Source of the DNA: a virus
Taxonomy: Duplodnaviria > Caudoviricetes
Length of the DNA: 64,000 nt
Strand: one strand, 5' to 3'
IMG/VR virus record: IMGVR_UViG_3300028888_000054
A program made the position numbers and the translations under genes. The notes below the pieces were generated by a model. The model ran no database searches. It was not told where the DNA came from and worked only from the letters and a program-made list of their open reading frames with translations. Of the stretch, positions 1 through 11,667 are shown in pieces. The first letter of the stretch is position 1. Each line of letters opens with the position of its first letter.

Positions 1-11
1 AAGTGCACCTA

Positions 12-65
12 TTTTGCGGGGTTGCAAACATTACACAAGGCTTTTGCGGGGTTGCAAACATTACA
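12..65. repeat. 24-bp direct repeat x2 (TTTTGCGGGGTTGCAAACATTACA, period 30) followed by an extremely AT-rich tract
   Basis: Identical copies at 12-35 and 42-65; A/T runs and short palindromes follow through ~230. Confidence 0.85.
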
Positions 66-409
66 TCGTTATATTTTATTTTTTTGGGGTTTAATACGCA
101 TTTTGACGTTATTATAACACATATTATTTAGTATATATATATTATAAAAAAATAAAAAAAGGACTACCTTCGATTTCTCGAAAAATAGTCCTAAAAAATA
201 ATTTTTTTAATAAAAAAATAATTTTTTTAGTAAAAAAACAAAAAAATAAAAAGCATCATTAACGGAAAAGTTATATAAAACTTTTTCCAATAAAAATCTG
301 GACTTATATAAATAAAATCCCAACCAGTTTTAAAAGATATATACTCCAGCAGCTTTAAAAGCAAAAAAAATAAAAACCAACCAAAAACACTAAGAAATAT
401 AAAACTCAA

Positions 410-982
410 CTATACTTTTCCTTCTATACTTGGCTTTTTTGGTGTAATTTTTTCCCAAGGGAAAGTAGTTTCCCCTGGTTTGTAATCAAGAAGATGGCAA
501 ACAAAATAAGAAGAGTCAAGTTCTTTATTCCAAAGAATATAATCATTATTTACATTAAGCAAGAAACGATTATCATCCTTGTTTTCCATAACTCTAATTA
601 TATTATCTCCAACACCTATATTTGCAAGTCGCTGAAGTTTGTTATATTTTAACAACTCTGTCAAAACCATCTTCTCGGCTTTACCAAATGCAGAAGTAAC
701 ATTTTTAGCTGATGATTTTGTTTCTTCAACTATTGCTTTTTTTGCGGCTTCGCCTTCTTCAATTTCAAAGTTATCAAACTTTACCATTTCAATGTTGTTT
801 GCTTTGCAAAAGTCTTTGAATGTCACTCCTTTTGCTTTTAAGGAGTATCTTCGATTATACTCATCAAGCGTCATTCCTTTTGCAACATACATTGATTTGG
901 CATTTACTTTTACCGCTAAAAATTTTTCATTATCTTTTGTTAAGATAGCACCAACAAAAACATTATCTGCACTTGCTTTCAT
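410..982 (-). CDS. hypothetical phage protein
   Basis: 190-aa ORF translationally coupled to the upstream gene. Confidence 0.6.
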   Translation of the reverse strand: MKASADNVFVGAILTKDNEKFLAVKVNAKSMYVAKGMTLDEYNRRYSLKAKGVTFKDFCKANNIEMVKFDNFEIEEGEAAKKAIVEETKSSAKNVTSAFGKAEKMVLTELLKYNKLQRLANIGVGDNIIRVMENKDDNRFLLNVNNDYILWNKELDSSYFVCHLLDYKPGETTFPWEKITPKKPSIEGKV

Positions 983-3425
983 TATGCCTCTCTTACTGAA
1001 ATTTCAGCGGCATTCTGAATACAACTCCAAATTTTTGGGAGATTGTCAAAGAAATGAACATTCATTCTCAAAATGTTCATATTTGTAATTGGTGAAAGTT
1101 TTGCAATTATCAAATCATTACTTGTCTGACTAATAATTTTCAAAGCCTTTGCTTCAAAGTCAAGTGCTTCCTCCTCTTTAAGATTTGGAATTTCACCATT
1201 TGCTCCTTTAATAAGAACATCTACAATTTCTTTAATTTCCTTTGGCTCCATTTAGAACCCTTCCTTTTTTATATAAGATTTACTCCCATACGGGAATAAT
1301 TTATTATACTACTTTTTCTTTTTTTTGTCAACCTTTGCTTTAGGTTTAGGTGGCGTCTTTGGCGGAAGCAATTCTTTTTCTTCCAACTTGTTTGGCGTAA
1401 TCATATAAAAACCATCTGGAAACTCTTTTTCTTTATCTGAACCTAAATGCTGTTTTGCCGCTGCGGCATCTTCATACTCACCCAAAAACTGATTGACTTT
1501 GTATCTCTTGCAAGAAAAGCCAACTTCTTCTCTTTTTCTTTCAATTGTTTCATAAACATAATAAGCATACATCATATTAATTTTCTCCTACAAAATATAA
1601 AATTGGTGTTATAACTAATCTTGTTAGAAGTTTAGAAAATTCCCACAAAAACCAAAATGGTGAAACTACAAACATAAAAGCAAAGAAGCCCCAAGAGAAA
1701 CTTTCGCTACTCCAATAACTTCTATGAGTTGTAACAACATAATCTTCATCATCAAAACCCCAGCTTCTAACTGTATCTTTAAAAGTCCAAGCTGGTTCTT
1801 TTTTTGCAAGTTTTCTATTTACAAATCTTAAAACAGAATTTATAAACAAAAACACATAACAAGCAACTGCGTATAAAATTAAAATCAAAAAAATCATAGT
1901 TATCTCCTTTTTGCATAAACAACTAATGTTTCTTTGTCTGTCTTTTCTTTCCAATAAGAAGCATAAGTTTTTATACCGAACTTGTATTTGTCTTTATCAA
2001 GATTTTCTCTTAATGTATCAAGAATCTCTTCAGCTGCTGAATTTACATTTATACATTCAACAATCCAGTTTTCGTTCTCATCAACATTAAAATTGATTAC
2101 TCTTTTGTCTGTTATAAATTTCTTAGGTAGTAGTCCCATGTTTTACCTCATTTAGTTTTATAAATTGTAATTTTCTGTCAACTTTTTTTTGAAACTCTTC
2201 CAGTTCTTTCTCAACTTTTAAGTTTAACCATTTACCAAAAGCAGCAACTACAACTTCGTAATCTTCTAATATAATTATTACCTGCTCTTTTTCCAAGGTT
2301 TTCCCAAAGTTGTTAATTGCATAACGATAATCAATTTCATATTTCGTTTTTGATAAATCCAAAAATTTTTTAAAGTTTTCATTGTATTGTATCCAAGGAT
2401 CTGCTATTGTTCCCTTTGCTTCAACAATAGCATTGTGCTTTTCTGCCTTGTTTACTTTTTCAAGCCACTCTTTAAATCCTGCTCTCTCTTTCTCTTTCTC
2501 TTGTCTTTCTTGTTTTGCACAAAGCATTATTAAACCTATAAGTAAGCCTACAACTATAGAGAAAATTAAAATATAAAAGCCAATAAAAATATAATAACCC
2601 ATTACCAAACCGTCCACTCATTTACAAACCTTGGCGGCTCATCCATGATTTCTTCTATTTTTAAAATTATTTCTTTATTCGTTTCAAACCAATCGTTTAT
2701 TTCTGCTAATTTATTTCCTTCACAATTTTTACCGAAAAGTAGCACGAAAGCATCTGCTTCATCACAATAAAAATTGCCTGTAAGTGTTAAACTAAAAGGT
2801 AAACCAAGTTGTTTTTGGATAATATCATTCATATCATCAACTTGATCGCCTTGCCAAAATGAAAAATCTTCAGGGCCTTTTATATTAAAAACTTCTTTAA
2901 GAACCTGACAGAATTTATCCTCATTTTCTTCATTTATTTCCCAGCCAAAAACTGCACTTGAACCGTAGTCTATTCCCATTATTTTCCTCCATAATATTTT
3001 TCAATTGCATCTGCCAAATCTTTAGCCTCTTTTTCAGTAAGCAAAGCAGGGTTCTGAATGATTGGTTCTACATTACAAATCTTGTTAAGATTAATTGTAA
3101 AATGACACTTTCCGTCTTTTCCCATACAATTACAACAATCTTCTCTTGCTGGTGAAGCTGGACAATCATAGCCTTTACACTCGGCAATAGCTTCAACAGT
3201 GCCGTCACTTCTCATAGAACGAGGCTCTAATTTTCCATTTACAAATTCTTCGACAAGTTTGCAAATGTCAAAATTTTCAAGATTATCTGGATAATAAATT
3301 CTGACAAAATTGTTAAGCTCTTCTTCTGAAATTTCATAAGAATTTGATTTATCCTCCAAAGAGTAAAAATAAATAACTGAAATTACAAATGCGTAAGATA
3401 ACACGATTCCTAAAATAATTTCCAT
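982..3425 (-). CDS. run of small hypothetical phage genes (982-1251, 1309-1575, 1577-~1897, 1900-2139, 2123-~2602, 2602-2979, 2979-3425), several with N-terminal TM segments
   Basis: Abutting or overlapping minus-strand ORFs with SD-like sequences; no recognisable family. Confidence 0.55.
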
Positions 3426-3486
3426 AGGAACCTCCTTTTAAGATTTTCTTGAATTATTTTAACATTTAAATAAAATTTTGTAAACC

Positions 3487-4209
3487 CTACTCAGCTTCTG
3501 CTTCTAACAGCATTTCTTCTATAATAGCTGGCCAACTTCTTCTATCGAATCTTTCAACACCAACTTTATCTCTCATAAAATGTTTTATTATTGAAATTAC
3601 ATCAAAATTTGTTTCGTCTGAACAATATTCAACTTCCAAATAAACATCTGAACCATTTACTGAAACAAGTTCACAATGAAGAAACTTTCCTTCTTCTTCA
3701 GCATAGAAAGAAACTGAATTTTTATCTTTTCTAAAGTAAGGTTTGAAATTTGTCATATCAACAAATTTCATAAAAGCGATTGTGGTATTTACAGGGAGTT
3801 CACCTTCAAACTCTTCATTCTTTTCATAATCACCAATTGTTTTCTTTTCTTTTACTGTCAAAACAACTTGTGTCTCAGGCTGTTTTATCGAAGGACTTAA
3901 AAAGTCTATACTGTATCCACGAAGCAAATTCACAACCTGAGTTGCAATACTATTCCAAACAACGGGATCTTTTTCATTAAGGTAATCAACAAAAGGAGAA
4001 GAAACAGATATAACATCTTTAAGCTCATATTTTTGTTCTTCTCTTGTTCTTACAATCTTTTCTGGTTTTCTTGGCGCAATTCCACCAAAAGAATAATATG
4101 TATCATTCTTTATAAGAAATTCACTATGTCTTGGATTAAGTGGTAAATATTCACGAAGAAGATTCGCTATCTGTGCATGTGTTACTTTCGCTTTCAGTTC
4201 GTATTCCAT
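3487..4209 (-). CDS. CYTH-like (triphosphate tunnel metalloenzyme) protein
   Basis: N-terminal ExExK motif (MEYELKAKV), later YLEVE and C-terminal RRSW, as in CYTH/class IV adenylate cyclase family. Confidence 0.55.
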   Translation of the reverse strand: MEYELKAKVTHAQIANLLREYLPLNPRHSEFLIKNDTYYSFGGIAPRKPEKIVRTREEQKYELKDVISVSSPFVDYLNEKDPVVWNSIATQVVNLLRGYSIDFLSPSIKQPETQVVLTVKEKKTIGDYEKNEEFEGELPVNTTIAFMKFVDMTNFKPYFRKDKNSVSFYAEEEGKFLHCELVSVNGSDVYLEVEYCSDETNFDVISIIKHFMRDKVGVERFDRRSWPAIIEEMLLEAEAE

Positions 4210-4966
4210 TTTTAGTCTCCTTAACTCTCTTTACTGCTATATTATAATAATTTTCATCTTTTTCGATTCCGATAAACTCTCTACTTTCTAGAGCAGCCGC
4301 TACGCCCGTACTTCCACTTCCCATGGTTGGATCAAGGACTGTGTCGCCCTCGTCTGTATACGTCCTAATCAAATATCTAAGTAATTCAACTGGCTTTTGT
4401 GTTGGATGAAAATGCTCTTTATCGTGCTTAAACTCTAAAACGTTTACAGGGAGTCTTTCACCCTTGTTATCAATTTCTTTTTGTTTTAGGTTGCATCTAA
4501 CAACCGATGAAGCTCCACGATTTCCTAAGCCTTTTGACTTATAAGGTTTTCCTTCTGTCATCTGCGGATTATACTTCATGTTTCCTTTTGGAGAGTATGA
4601 ACACGCTTTCTTTCCAAAAACACAAATATCTTCTGTACATTTTCCTGGTTGATAGCGTTGATTAAGAAAATTTGTGCATCTAGTTTTTTTCCAAATCCAA
4701 TTATATTTATACATTTCAAGATTTGACAAAATTAACTGAGATGTAAAAGGCTGCTGTGCAAAACCAACAATTGCTCCGTCTGGCTTTAAAATTCTTTTAA
4801 GCTCTGGCCATAATTTATCAAAAGGGATAACATTATCCCAACTGCAAGCTGTAGTATTCTTAACGGTTCCAAAAGGTAAATCCATCAACACTAATTGTAC
4901 AGATTCGTCAGGAACACTTTTTAATTCTTCAAGGCAATCGCCATTACATAAAACATAATCAGACAT
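4151..4966 (-). CDS. beta-class N4-C/N6-A DNA methyltransferase
   Basis: GDCLEEL, DLPFG (DPPY variant), HPTQKP, VLDPTMGSGSTG. Confidence 0.9.
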   Translation of the reverse strand: MSDYVLCNGDCLEELKSVPDESVQLVLMDLPFGTVKNTTACSWDNVIPFDKLWPELKRILKPDGAIVGFAQQPFTSQLILSNLEMYKYNWIWKKTRCTNFLNQRYQPGKCTEDICVFGKKACSYSPKGNMKYNPQMTEGKPYKSKGLGNRGASSVVRCNLKQKEIDNKGERLPVNVLEFKHDKEHFHPTQKPVELLRYLIRTYTDEGDTVLDPTMGSGSTGVAAALESREFIGIEKDENYYNIAVKRVKETKNGIRTESESNTCTDSESSS

Positions 4967-6793
4967 TTTTTATAATATCCTCATTTTTAAATTTGGTTTC
5001 AAGTTCTTTTACCATATCATAAAGTTTTTCAACACAATTGGGGCAGTAATGTGGAAATCTCCAGTCCCCATCATAATCACAAGCGTAAGCATTTATATGA
5101 TCATTTTCTATAAATTCTTCCGAAGGGTCATATTCTCTTCCGCAATGTTTACATATCTCCTTCGCCATCTTCTTCCTCTTCGTAATCATCCATTACTTCG
5201 TCTTCTGTGTAAGTATCTTTTACTTCAAATTCTTCAAACACATAAGCTTCGTTATCATTCGGATAACCATAACATTTTTTTGCAACTTCTTTTGTGCAAA
5301 CACAAATAACATCTGGCTCACCTTCCATCCAAGCATCACAACTGTGAACTACTATTACATCCATATTTACTCCTTTAAATAATCACTCAAATTTGAAACT
5401 TTCTTTAATTTCTTTTTTGGCGCGGCAAATAGAGTTTTTGGTCTTGTATCTCTTTCGCACTCTATCATCATTTCATATTCTCGATCATCAAAAGCAACAC
5501 CAGCTGCAGTAAACATTCCATTATCTACAAGTATAACTGGAAGCTCATCTTTTTCAAGAAAAGACTCAAAATTTGGAACAAACTTTTCGGACCATATCTC
5601 GCAAATAAGTCTTCCATTTTTTGCGAGCCACTCTTCTTTTGTTTCTTTTTTTGGATTTACATATACTCCCATGTTAATCTCCATAAAAATTACAGTTTTG
5701 AACCGCAGTTAAAATTTTATTAATTGCTACTTTGCAATCTGGCTCTAAATCACTATTTACAACAGCAAGTTCTAAATTATTAATGTTGCCAACTTCTTCT
5801 TCAAGAAAAGCGAAACTTGCAAATACTTTATCGCTGCTCAAACTCATATTTACTTGTTTAATCACTATACATCTCCTTAAAATCAATTTCATCATTGTCA
5901 AATTTATTACAAAACTCTTCGTAAAGATCTTGGATTTCTTCTTCTGTTGGATCCTCGCCAAGTTCTATTTTTCTTTCAAGAACTTCACTTAGCATATCAT
6001 CATCGGAAGAAATAAAATCAAATGCCTCTTCTTTAAAATCGCTAAAAGCATCTACATAATCGTTATGAAATTTACAGAGGTCAAATTCTAAGGCCCAAGT
6101 ATCAATTTCACCACACCAACAAACTTGACCACAAACAACATCATCTCCGTAATTAAACGAATGTATTCCGAAAAATCTGTCTTCGTTATCATTCAACGAA
6201 ATTACTAAATACACATTCCTCTCACTTTTTAGTTTTTCTACCATTTTGCTCTTTCTCATCTTGTTCCTCCAAGTATTTAAAACATTCTTCCATTTCTATA
6301 AAACACGGATCAGTTTCCCATTCCGTTATTTCTGATAATTTTTTTTGTTTCGGTTTTTCTTCTGCCACCACCTCTTCCTTTGGTGGCTCTTCTACTTTCT
6401 TTTTTCTTGGCATAATTTAATTATATCATAAAACAAAAAACCCGTCAATACTGACGGGTAATAAAATTATTCTTCTTCTCCTGACCAAGCCGCAACGCCA
6501 TCTGTTGGTATTACGTTTCCTTGATTATTAAACTTTTCTCGAAGCTTTCGATTTCTTTCTTCAAGCTCCGCATCAATTTCCGCTTGCGTTGGCGGTTGCT
6601 CATAAAGTTTATCAAGGGCGCTAGTGTCGCTATAATCTTTCTTTGGTTTTACATTACTTCCTGTTTTTGGTGGCCCTTCTTTTTTGTCGAAAAACTCAAC
6701 ATCAAAATAATTATTTGAAATAGAAATTTTTGAAATATTATCTCTCTTTAAAATTTCTTTAATTTCATCTTTTAATTCTTTCAGATAACCCAT
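4959..6793 (-). CDS. run of small acidic hypothetical phage genes (4959-5189, 5149-5364, 5367-~5672, 5858-6259, 6222-6413, 6467-6793)
   Basis: Tightly packed minus-strand ORFs; 4959-5189 has CxxC...CxxC. Confidence 0.5.
6420..6459 (-). promoter_or_regulatory. terminator hairpin whose 3' arm is the -35 box of a sigma70-type promoter; leaderless start at 6413
   Basis: Minus strand: ACCCGTCAG-TA-TTGACGGGT-TTTTT; TTGACG-N17-TATAAT-N6-ATG. Confidence 0.75.
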
Positions 6794-6802
6794 ACTTACT
6801 CC

Positions 6803-7453
6803 TTAATCATTTAAGAATTTTAATGCTTCACCTTTAACAAGCCAAGCGACTCCACAACCCGTAAGGGCTATAAGCTCTGCAATCCAATCTGTGTTAGGTG
6901 GCATCTTAACAAATTGTTTTAATACTAGAAGTATACAAGCCACAATAACTGTGCTCGCACAAACTCTATAAATTATATTTCTCTTTTTCTTTCCTGGTGT
7001 TACTTCATTACCACCAAGAGTAAACAAAAACATTTCATTAATAAAAAAACCTAAGAAAGCAAGTAAAGCCAAACAGTTATGAATGTTACCCGATACTTCC
7101 GATGTTAAACCAAACAAACCAACTCTTGCTCCAATTGCTGCCATTCCTTCATTATGACAAGGAACCAACAATAACCCAAGCAACCCAATTCCACTCATAA
7201 GGTTTACAATTCTATCTCTCCAATCATATCCCGCGTAAGTGCAGAAAAAGAAAGAGGAAACTGAAATTATAAACGCCATAACCATCATCGAATTAGCATA
7301 GTAAGTATCGCTTATCGAATACCACCAACCCTCTGGATTATATTTCCAGCCAATCAAACCAAACAAAACTGACAAAGGCGCAAGAGCAAGAACCATAACA
7401 CCCATTACTCTTCTCTGCCAAATATACTGATTTTTTTCAATGTTATCTCTCAT
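6803..7453 (-). CDS. multi-pass membrane protein (DUF998-like)
   Basis: About 6 hydrophobic segments, SISDTYY motif, conserved His and Glu positions. Confidence 0.55.
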   Translation of the reverse strand: MRDNIEKNQYIWQRRVMGVMVLALAPLSVLFGLIGWKYNPEGWWYSISDTYYANSMMVMAFIISVSSFFFCTYAGYDWRDRIVNLMSGIGLLGLLLVPCHNEGMAAIGARVGLFGLTSEVSGNIHNCLALLAFLGFFINEMFLFTLGGNEVTPGKKKRNIIYRVCASTVIVACILLVLKQFVKMPPNTDWIAELIALTGCGVAWLVKGEALKFLND

Positions 7454-7458
7454 TTAAT

Positions 7459-9051
7459 TTACACCTCTTCTAATTTATTTTCTTCAATTTTTACATTAGC
7501 TCCGCTTGTGGCAAGCATAACACCAACAACAGAATTAGCATTTTTTAGAGCTTCTGTCTGAACCTTTAACGGCTCAATGATACCCATATCATATGCTTCA
7601 CCATATTCTCTTGTTTTTGCGTTGTAAGCTAAACCTTTTTCGATACAGTTGTTGTAAATAACATCGCCGTTTTCACCAGCATTTTTCGCAATCTGTTTTA
7701 ATGGTGCCTTTAAAGCTTCTTTAATAATCTTAGCTCCACGTCTCATATCTTCTGTTGGATAGTCTTCATCATTAATTGACAAGTCTTCTCCAATTCTTGC
7801 GTAGTTAATTCCTGCTCCTTCAACAATACCACTTTCAAGAGCTGCCCTTACCGCACAAATTGCATCATCGGCTCTGTCTTTTATTTCCTTTGCCTCTGTT
7901 TCTGTTGGTGCACCAATCTTAATTGTTACCGCAGAACCAGTAAAACGTGCAATGCGTTTCTCCATATTTTCTTTGTCTTTTGTAGACTTCAAATTTTCTT
8001 TCTGATTTTTAAGTGTTTCAACATAAGCATCAATAATTTTCTGCTCGCCCTTTCCGCCAATGATTGTTGTCTCTATTTTTGTAACTTTAACAGTTTTTGC
8101 TTCTCCTAAAAATTCTGGTCCGCAATCTTTTAATTCGGCTCCAGTTGCATCTGTGATAAGGGTAGCTCCAGTAATTGTGGAAATGTCGTTTAACCAATCA
8201 AGTTTTGTTGAAGCATAGCCTGGGCATTTTGTTGCGGCAACCTGAATGTTTCCACTAAGCAGGTTGAGAACAATGATATTCAAAGCCTCGCCCTGAAGTT
8301 CATCACAAACAATAAACAATGGTTTCTTTTGCTCTGCAGCGGCTTCCAAGAATGGAACAATTTCATCTGCTAATGAAATCTTTTTATCTGTTAAAAGAAT
8401 CAAAGCGTCTTCAAAATTTACTTCCATTTTGTCTTTATTGTTTACAAAATAAGGAGACAGCCATCCACTTCCAAAAGTAAAACCATTACTCTCTTCAATT
8501 TCTATTTCTGTTCCGCGAGTTGTTTCTGCATGAACTACACCATCTTTACCAGCAATTTCAAAACCTTTAGCGACAAACCCTCCAAGAACTTCATCATTGT
8601 TTGCTGAAATAGTTGCAACCTTTTCGATGTCACTTTGTGTTTTAAGTTCTGTTTTAGTTTGTTTAAGCTTCTCAATAACAAAAGAAACTGCTCTATCCAT
8701 ACCACGTTTAAGCTCAATTGGCTGACAACCAGCCTCAATTGCTTTATAACCGTCTTTTAACATTTCGTAGCCAAATACAACAGTTGTGCTAGTTCCATCA
8801 CCAGCATTTTCATTTGTTTTTAGAGCAGCCTCTCTAACAACAGAAGCTCCAAGATTTTCTGCTGGATCTTTAAGCTCTATATCTTTTGCAACTGATACAC
8901 CGTCTTTTGTAATGTTTGGTGTATTATATCCAACTGTAGCAAAAAAACGACCACAAGGACCAAGTGTAGAGCCAACAGCTTTTGCCATTTTTTCAGCACC
9001 TGCCAACCATTTTTTTCTTAAATCTTCATCAAAATATATTTCTTTCTTCAT
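7459..9051 (-). CDS. groEL: phage-encoded GroEL/Cpn60 chaperonin
   Basis: STLGP, ITKDGVSVA, AGDGTSTT, GIVEGAG; no C-terminal GGM tail. Confidence 0.95.
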   Translation of the reverse strand: MKKEIYFDEDLRKKWLAGAEKMAKAVGSTLGPCGRFFATVGYNTPNITKDGVSVAKDIELKDPAENLGASVVREAALKTNENAGDGTSTTVVFGYEMLKDGYKAIEAGCQPIELKRGMDRAVSFVIEKLKQTKTELKTQSDIEKVATISANNDEVLGGFVAKGFEIAGKDGVVHAETTRGTEIEIEESNGFTFGSGWLSPYFVNNKDKMEVNFEDALILLTDKKISLADEIVPFLEAAAEQKKPLFIVCDELQGEALNIIVLNLLSGNIQVAATKCPGYASTKLDWLNDISTITGATLITDATGAELKDCGPEFLGEAKTVKVTKIETTIIGGKGEQKIIDAYVETLKNQKENLKSTKDKENMEKRIARFTGSAVTIKIGAPTETEAKEIKDRADDAICAVRAALESGIVEGAGINYARIGEDLSINDEDYPTEDMRRGAKIIKEALKAPLKQIAKNAGENGDVIYNNCIEKGLAYNAKTREYGEAYDMGIIEPLKVQTEALKNANSVVGVMLATSGANVKIEENKLEEV

Positions 9052-9098
9052 AATATACCATTATAAAAATTAATGGGCTTTTGTCAAGCCCATTATAA

Positions 9099-10421
9099 TT
9101 AATCTCCAAGAGCCTCAGACATTTCTTGTTCAAGACTTGTTGCCATATCTTCAAAAGAATTTCCATCTTCTTCGCCAACGTCTTCGGTAAACTCTGTTAA
9201 GTCTCCCTTACCCAAGGCGGCTGCTTTTCGTTCTTGTCTCATTCTTTCCTCGGCTTCATCAAGCAAAGGTTGAAGTTTATCTATGTATTCTTCTTCGTGT
9301 TCTGCAAAAACTTTTAAAAAGTCTTTCTTAAAGAAAGGAGTATCTATAACACCAGGAACAACATATCTGTTTCCTGACTTTTCTGCAAGTTTAAAATCTA
9401 TAAGAAGCTTTAACATTCCTGAGTTTCTAACTGGCCCATAAGCCAAATCAAGAATAAACCAACAGTTTCTTCCCTCTGTTCCAAAACGAGATTTCGTAGC
9501 TGTTGCTCTAATAATCTTCATAGAATTACCAAGAGAAGTTTTTCTTCTTTCTTTTTCCTTGTCCTCTGTTGCTGTATCTATTTCTTCCGAAGAAGCCATT
9601 TCTTGAAGTTTTAGATTTAAAGACGGATTATAAATAACAGACTGACCACCAGCCATTACCCAAGGATCATACTGATTACCAATGTTTGTATAAACCTTAG
9701 ACGCAAGCAATACTGTCGCTCCGATTTCATTAAGCTCATCGTCGAGAGCAAACAAGTTGTTTAGCAATTTACCTGTAAGTCCCATATCCTGAACACCATC
9801 TACCTTTGTTCTGAAAGGCTTCATGTTAGAAATAGAGTCAACGATAATAAGAATCTTTTCTTTAGACCCTCGATATTTCATAGCATAAACTAATTTTTTC
9901 AAATAACAAAGAAGTCCACGAACATAAGTATATTTTTCTGTTACTAATTTAGAAGGAACATCTCTATCGTTTATCGCTTCCATTTTATCAGGATTATCAT
10001 TTGCAACCCTATAAGAATCAAGAGTAGAAATGTTTACATATCTTACTCTATCAAGCGGCGCATCAACAAACTTAAACAAGCCTAAACCTGTTCCTCCACC
10101 TTCGGAATCGATAAGGACAATTCTATCAAACTGATAAAAATCTACATTATTCCACTGCTTTGCCCTTGAAGCTACGGCAGGCATTAAAGATTTACCTGTT
10201 CCCGAAAGTCCCCAAAGATTAGAAATTCTTCCACCAGGATAACCACCTCTAAGTTTCTTTGAACAAAGGTAGTTAAGAGCCCAGTTTCCAGTATCTACAT
10301 AATAATCAACAGTATCGTCAACTTTTGATAAATCCTGCATTTCTGTAAATTCTTGCTCAATAATCGAATCAAAAACTGATACATTTTCTGCCACTTCTTT
10401 TTCTTTCTTTTTGGCTGCCAT
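9099..10421 (-). CDS. uvsX: UvsX/RecA-like recombinase
   Basis: DTGNWALN, Walker A GLSGTGKS, IIVDS, AGG, KSRF. Confidence 0.88.
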   Translation of the reverse strand: MAAKKKEKEVAENVSVFDSIIEQEFTEMQDLSKVDDTVDYYVDTGNWALNYLCSKKLRGGYPGGRISNLWGLSGTGKSLMPAVASRAKQWNNVDFYQFDRIVLIDSEGGGTGLGLFKFVDAPLDRVRYVNISTLDSYRVANDNPDKMEAINDRDVPSKLVTEKYTYVRGLLCYLKKLVYAMKYRGSKEKILIIVDSISNMKPFRTKVDGVQDMGLTGKLLNNLFALDDELNEIGATVLLASKVYTNIGNQYDPWVMAGGQSVIYNPSLNLKLQEMASSEEIDTATEDKEKERRKTSLGNSMKIIRATATKSRFGTEGRNCWFILDLAYGPVRNSGMLKLLIDFKLAEKSGNRYVVPGVIDTPFFKKDFLKVFAEHEEEYIDKLQPLLDEAEERMRQERKAAALGKGDLTEFTEDVGEEDGNSFEDMATSLEQEMSEALGD

Positions 10422-10723
10422 TAATTGCTCCTTACACTAACTTCCGAAGAAGTCATTTTAGCTCCACCGTTTATTTTTTGAGCGTTTTTTTCTTGAGGTT
10501 TTTTTTCTTTTTTTGAAACTTTTAAAACTTCCCCATTTTCCATTTCGATTTTTGCATCTTTATCAAGATAAATTTTATTTTCATCTGGCTTACCATGAAT
10601 AAGCTCAACAACAAAATCAAAAACTGCTTTAATTAAAGCATAAGCAAATAGCATAAAAATAAAAGCTCCAACAAGCGCCCAAAACGGATGACTAAATACA
10701 AAATTATTTAAAAAATTTTCCAT
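10421..10723 (-). CDS. small membrane-anchored hypothetical protein
   Basis: N-terminal hydrophobic helix. Confidence 0.5.
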   Translation of the reverse strand: MENFLNNFVFSHPFWALVGAFIFMLFAYALIKAVFDFVVELIHGKPDENKIYLDKDAKIEMENGEVLKVSKKEKKPQEKNAQKINGGAKMTSSEVSVRSN

Positions 10724-10733
10724 AAAATCTCCA

Positions 10734-10764
10734 AAAATAAGGTAGGGACAAATATGTCCCTACC
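10734..10764 (-). terminator. intrinsic terminator after the SSB gene
   Basis: GGTAGGGACA-loop-TGTCCCTACC stem followed by a T-rich tract on the minus strand. Confidence 0.7.
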
Positions 10765-10770
10765 GTTTAA

Positions 10771-11667
10771 TTAAATCGAATTAAGAAGAGCGTCTATATC
10801 TTCACCATCATCTGCAGGTTCGTCTTCTGCTTCAACTGCTTTTGCTGGTTTTGAGCCATAAATTGCATCATCCATTTCGTCAAAACTTGAAGCTGTAGTT
10901 TCTTTTTCAAGATCGTCTTCTGAAGAACCGCCGCTCATGTATTCTTTCAATACTTTTGTAAGTTCTTCGGCTGTTTCAAACTCAACGAGCTGTTTATATT
11001 CCATTTTTGGAAGTTCAGCTAAAAGTGCTTTCAATTTTGTAGCATCATTAAATACAGGAGTCGAATTTCCTGAGAACATAGAACCATCATATTTTGTCTG
11101 TTTCTTCTGTCCTTTCTTATTAATAGAAAAATCTCTACCTGTTTTCAAGTCAAGAGGATTTCCATATTCACCACTTTCAACAGCAGCCATAATCATTTCA
11201 CGAATTCCTTTTCCGAACTCATAGAACTCTGGCTTCCATTCGATGTCCTCTTCTTTATCATTCTTGTTTCCGCGAACGATAACACGAGAAACATAGCGTT
11301 CCTTAGCGCGAAGCTCTCCTGCCATTTTCCAAGCTGGATCTGGGTGATCTCTGTCGCCATTTGAGGCTTTGTAAAGTTGTTTTGATTTCTGACAGAATGG
11401 ACATGTTTCAGCCTGGTGAACATTTCCGTCTTTGTCTGTAAGTGTTTGTTCCAAGCACATATAAGGACGTCCATTAACATAATGAACCATGTGCTTCTGA
11501 TAGAATAGACTTTCACCAAAATTCTTTAATTTTGGAAGGAATCTGATTTTTGTAATTCCTTCTTTTTTTGGTGACCAATACTTAGATGAGTACTTTCCAG
11601 CTTCATCTTCCTGTTTCATAGCATCCAACATAGATGCTACATCATCGTTTCCAAACTCGATTTCCAT
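10771..11667 (-). CDS. T4 gp32-like single-stranded DNA-binding protein
   Basis: IRFLP, H...C...CPFC zinc site, FGK, GRDF, acidic tail DDGEDIDALLNSI. Confidence 0.88.
   Translation of the reverse strand: MEIEFGNDDVASMLDAMKQEDEAGKYSSKYWSPKKEGITKIRFLPKLKNFGESLFYQKHMVHYVNGRPYMCLEQTLTDKDGNVHQAETCPFCQKSKQLYKASNGDRDHPDPAWKMAGELRAKERYVSRVIVRGNKNDKEEDIEWKPEFYEFGKGIREMIMAAVESGEYGNPLDLKTGRDFSINKKGQKKQTKYDGSMFSGNSTPVFNDATKLKALLAELPKMEYKQLVEFETAEELTKVLKEYMSGGSSEDDLEKETTASSFDEMDDAIYGSKPAKAVEAEDEPADDGEDIDALLNSI

Noticed and set aside
12-65. CRISPR array
   Set aside because: Only two repeats with a 6-nt gap, no spacer-length unique sequence, and no cas genes in the window
227-409. 60-aa hydrophobic ORF
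   Set aside because: It derives from poly-A/T low-complexity sequence with a TTG start; it cannot be supported as a gene
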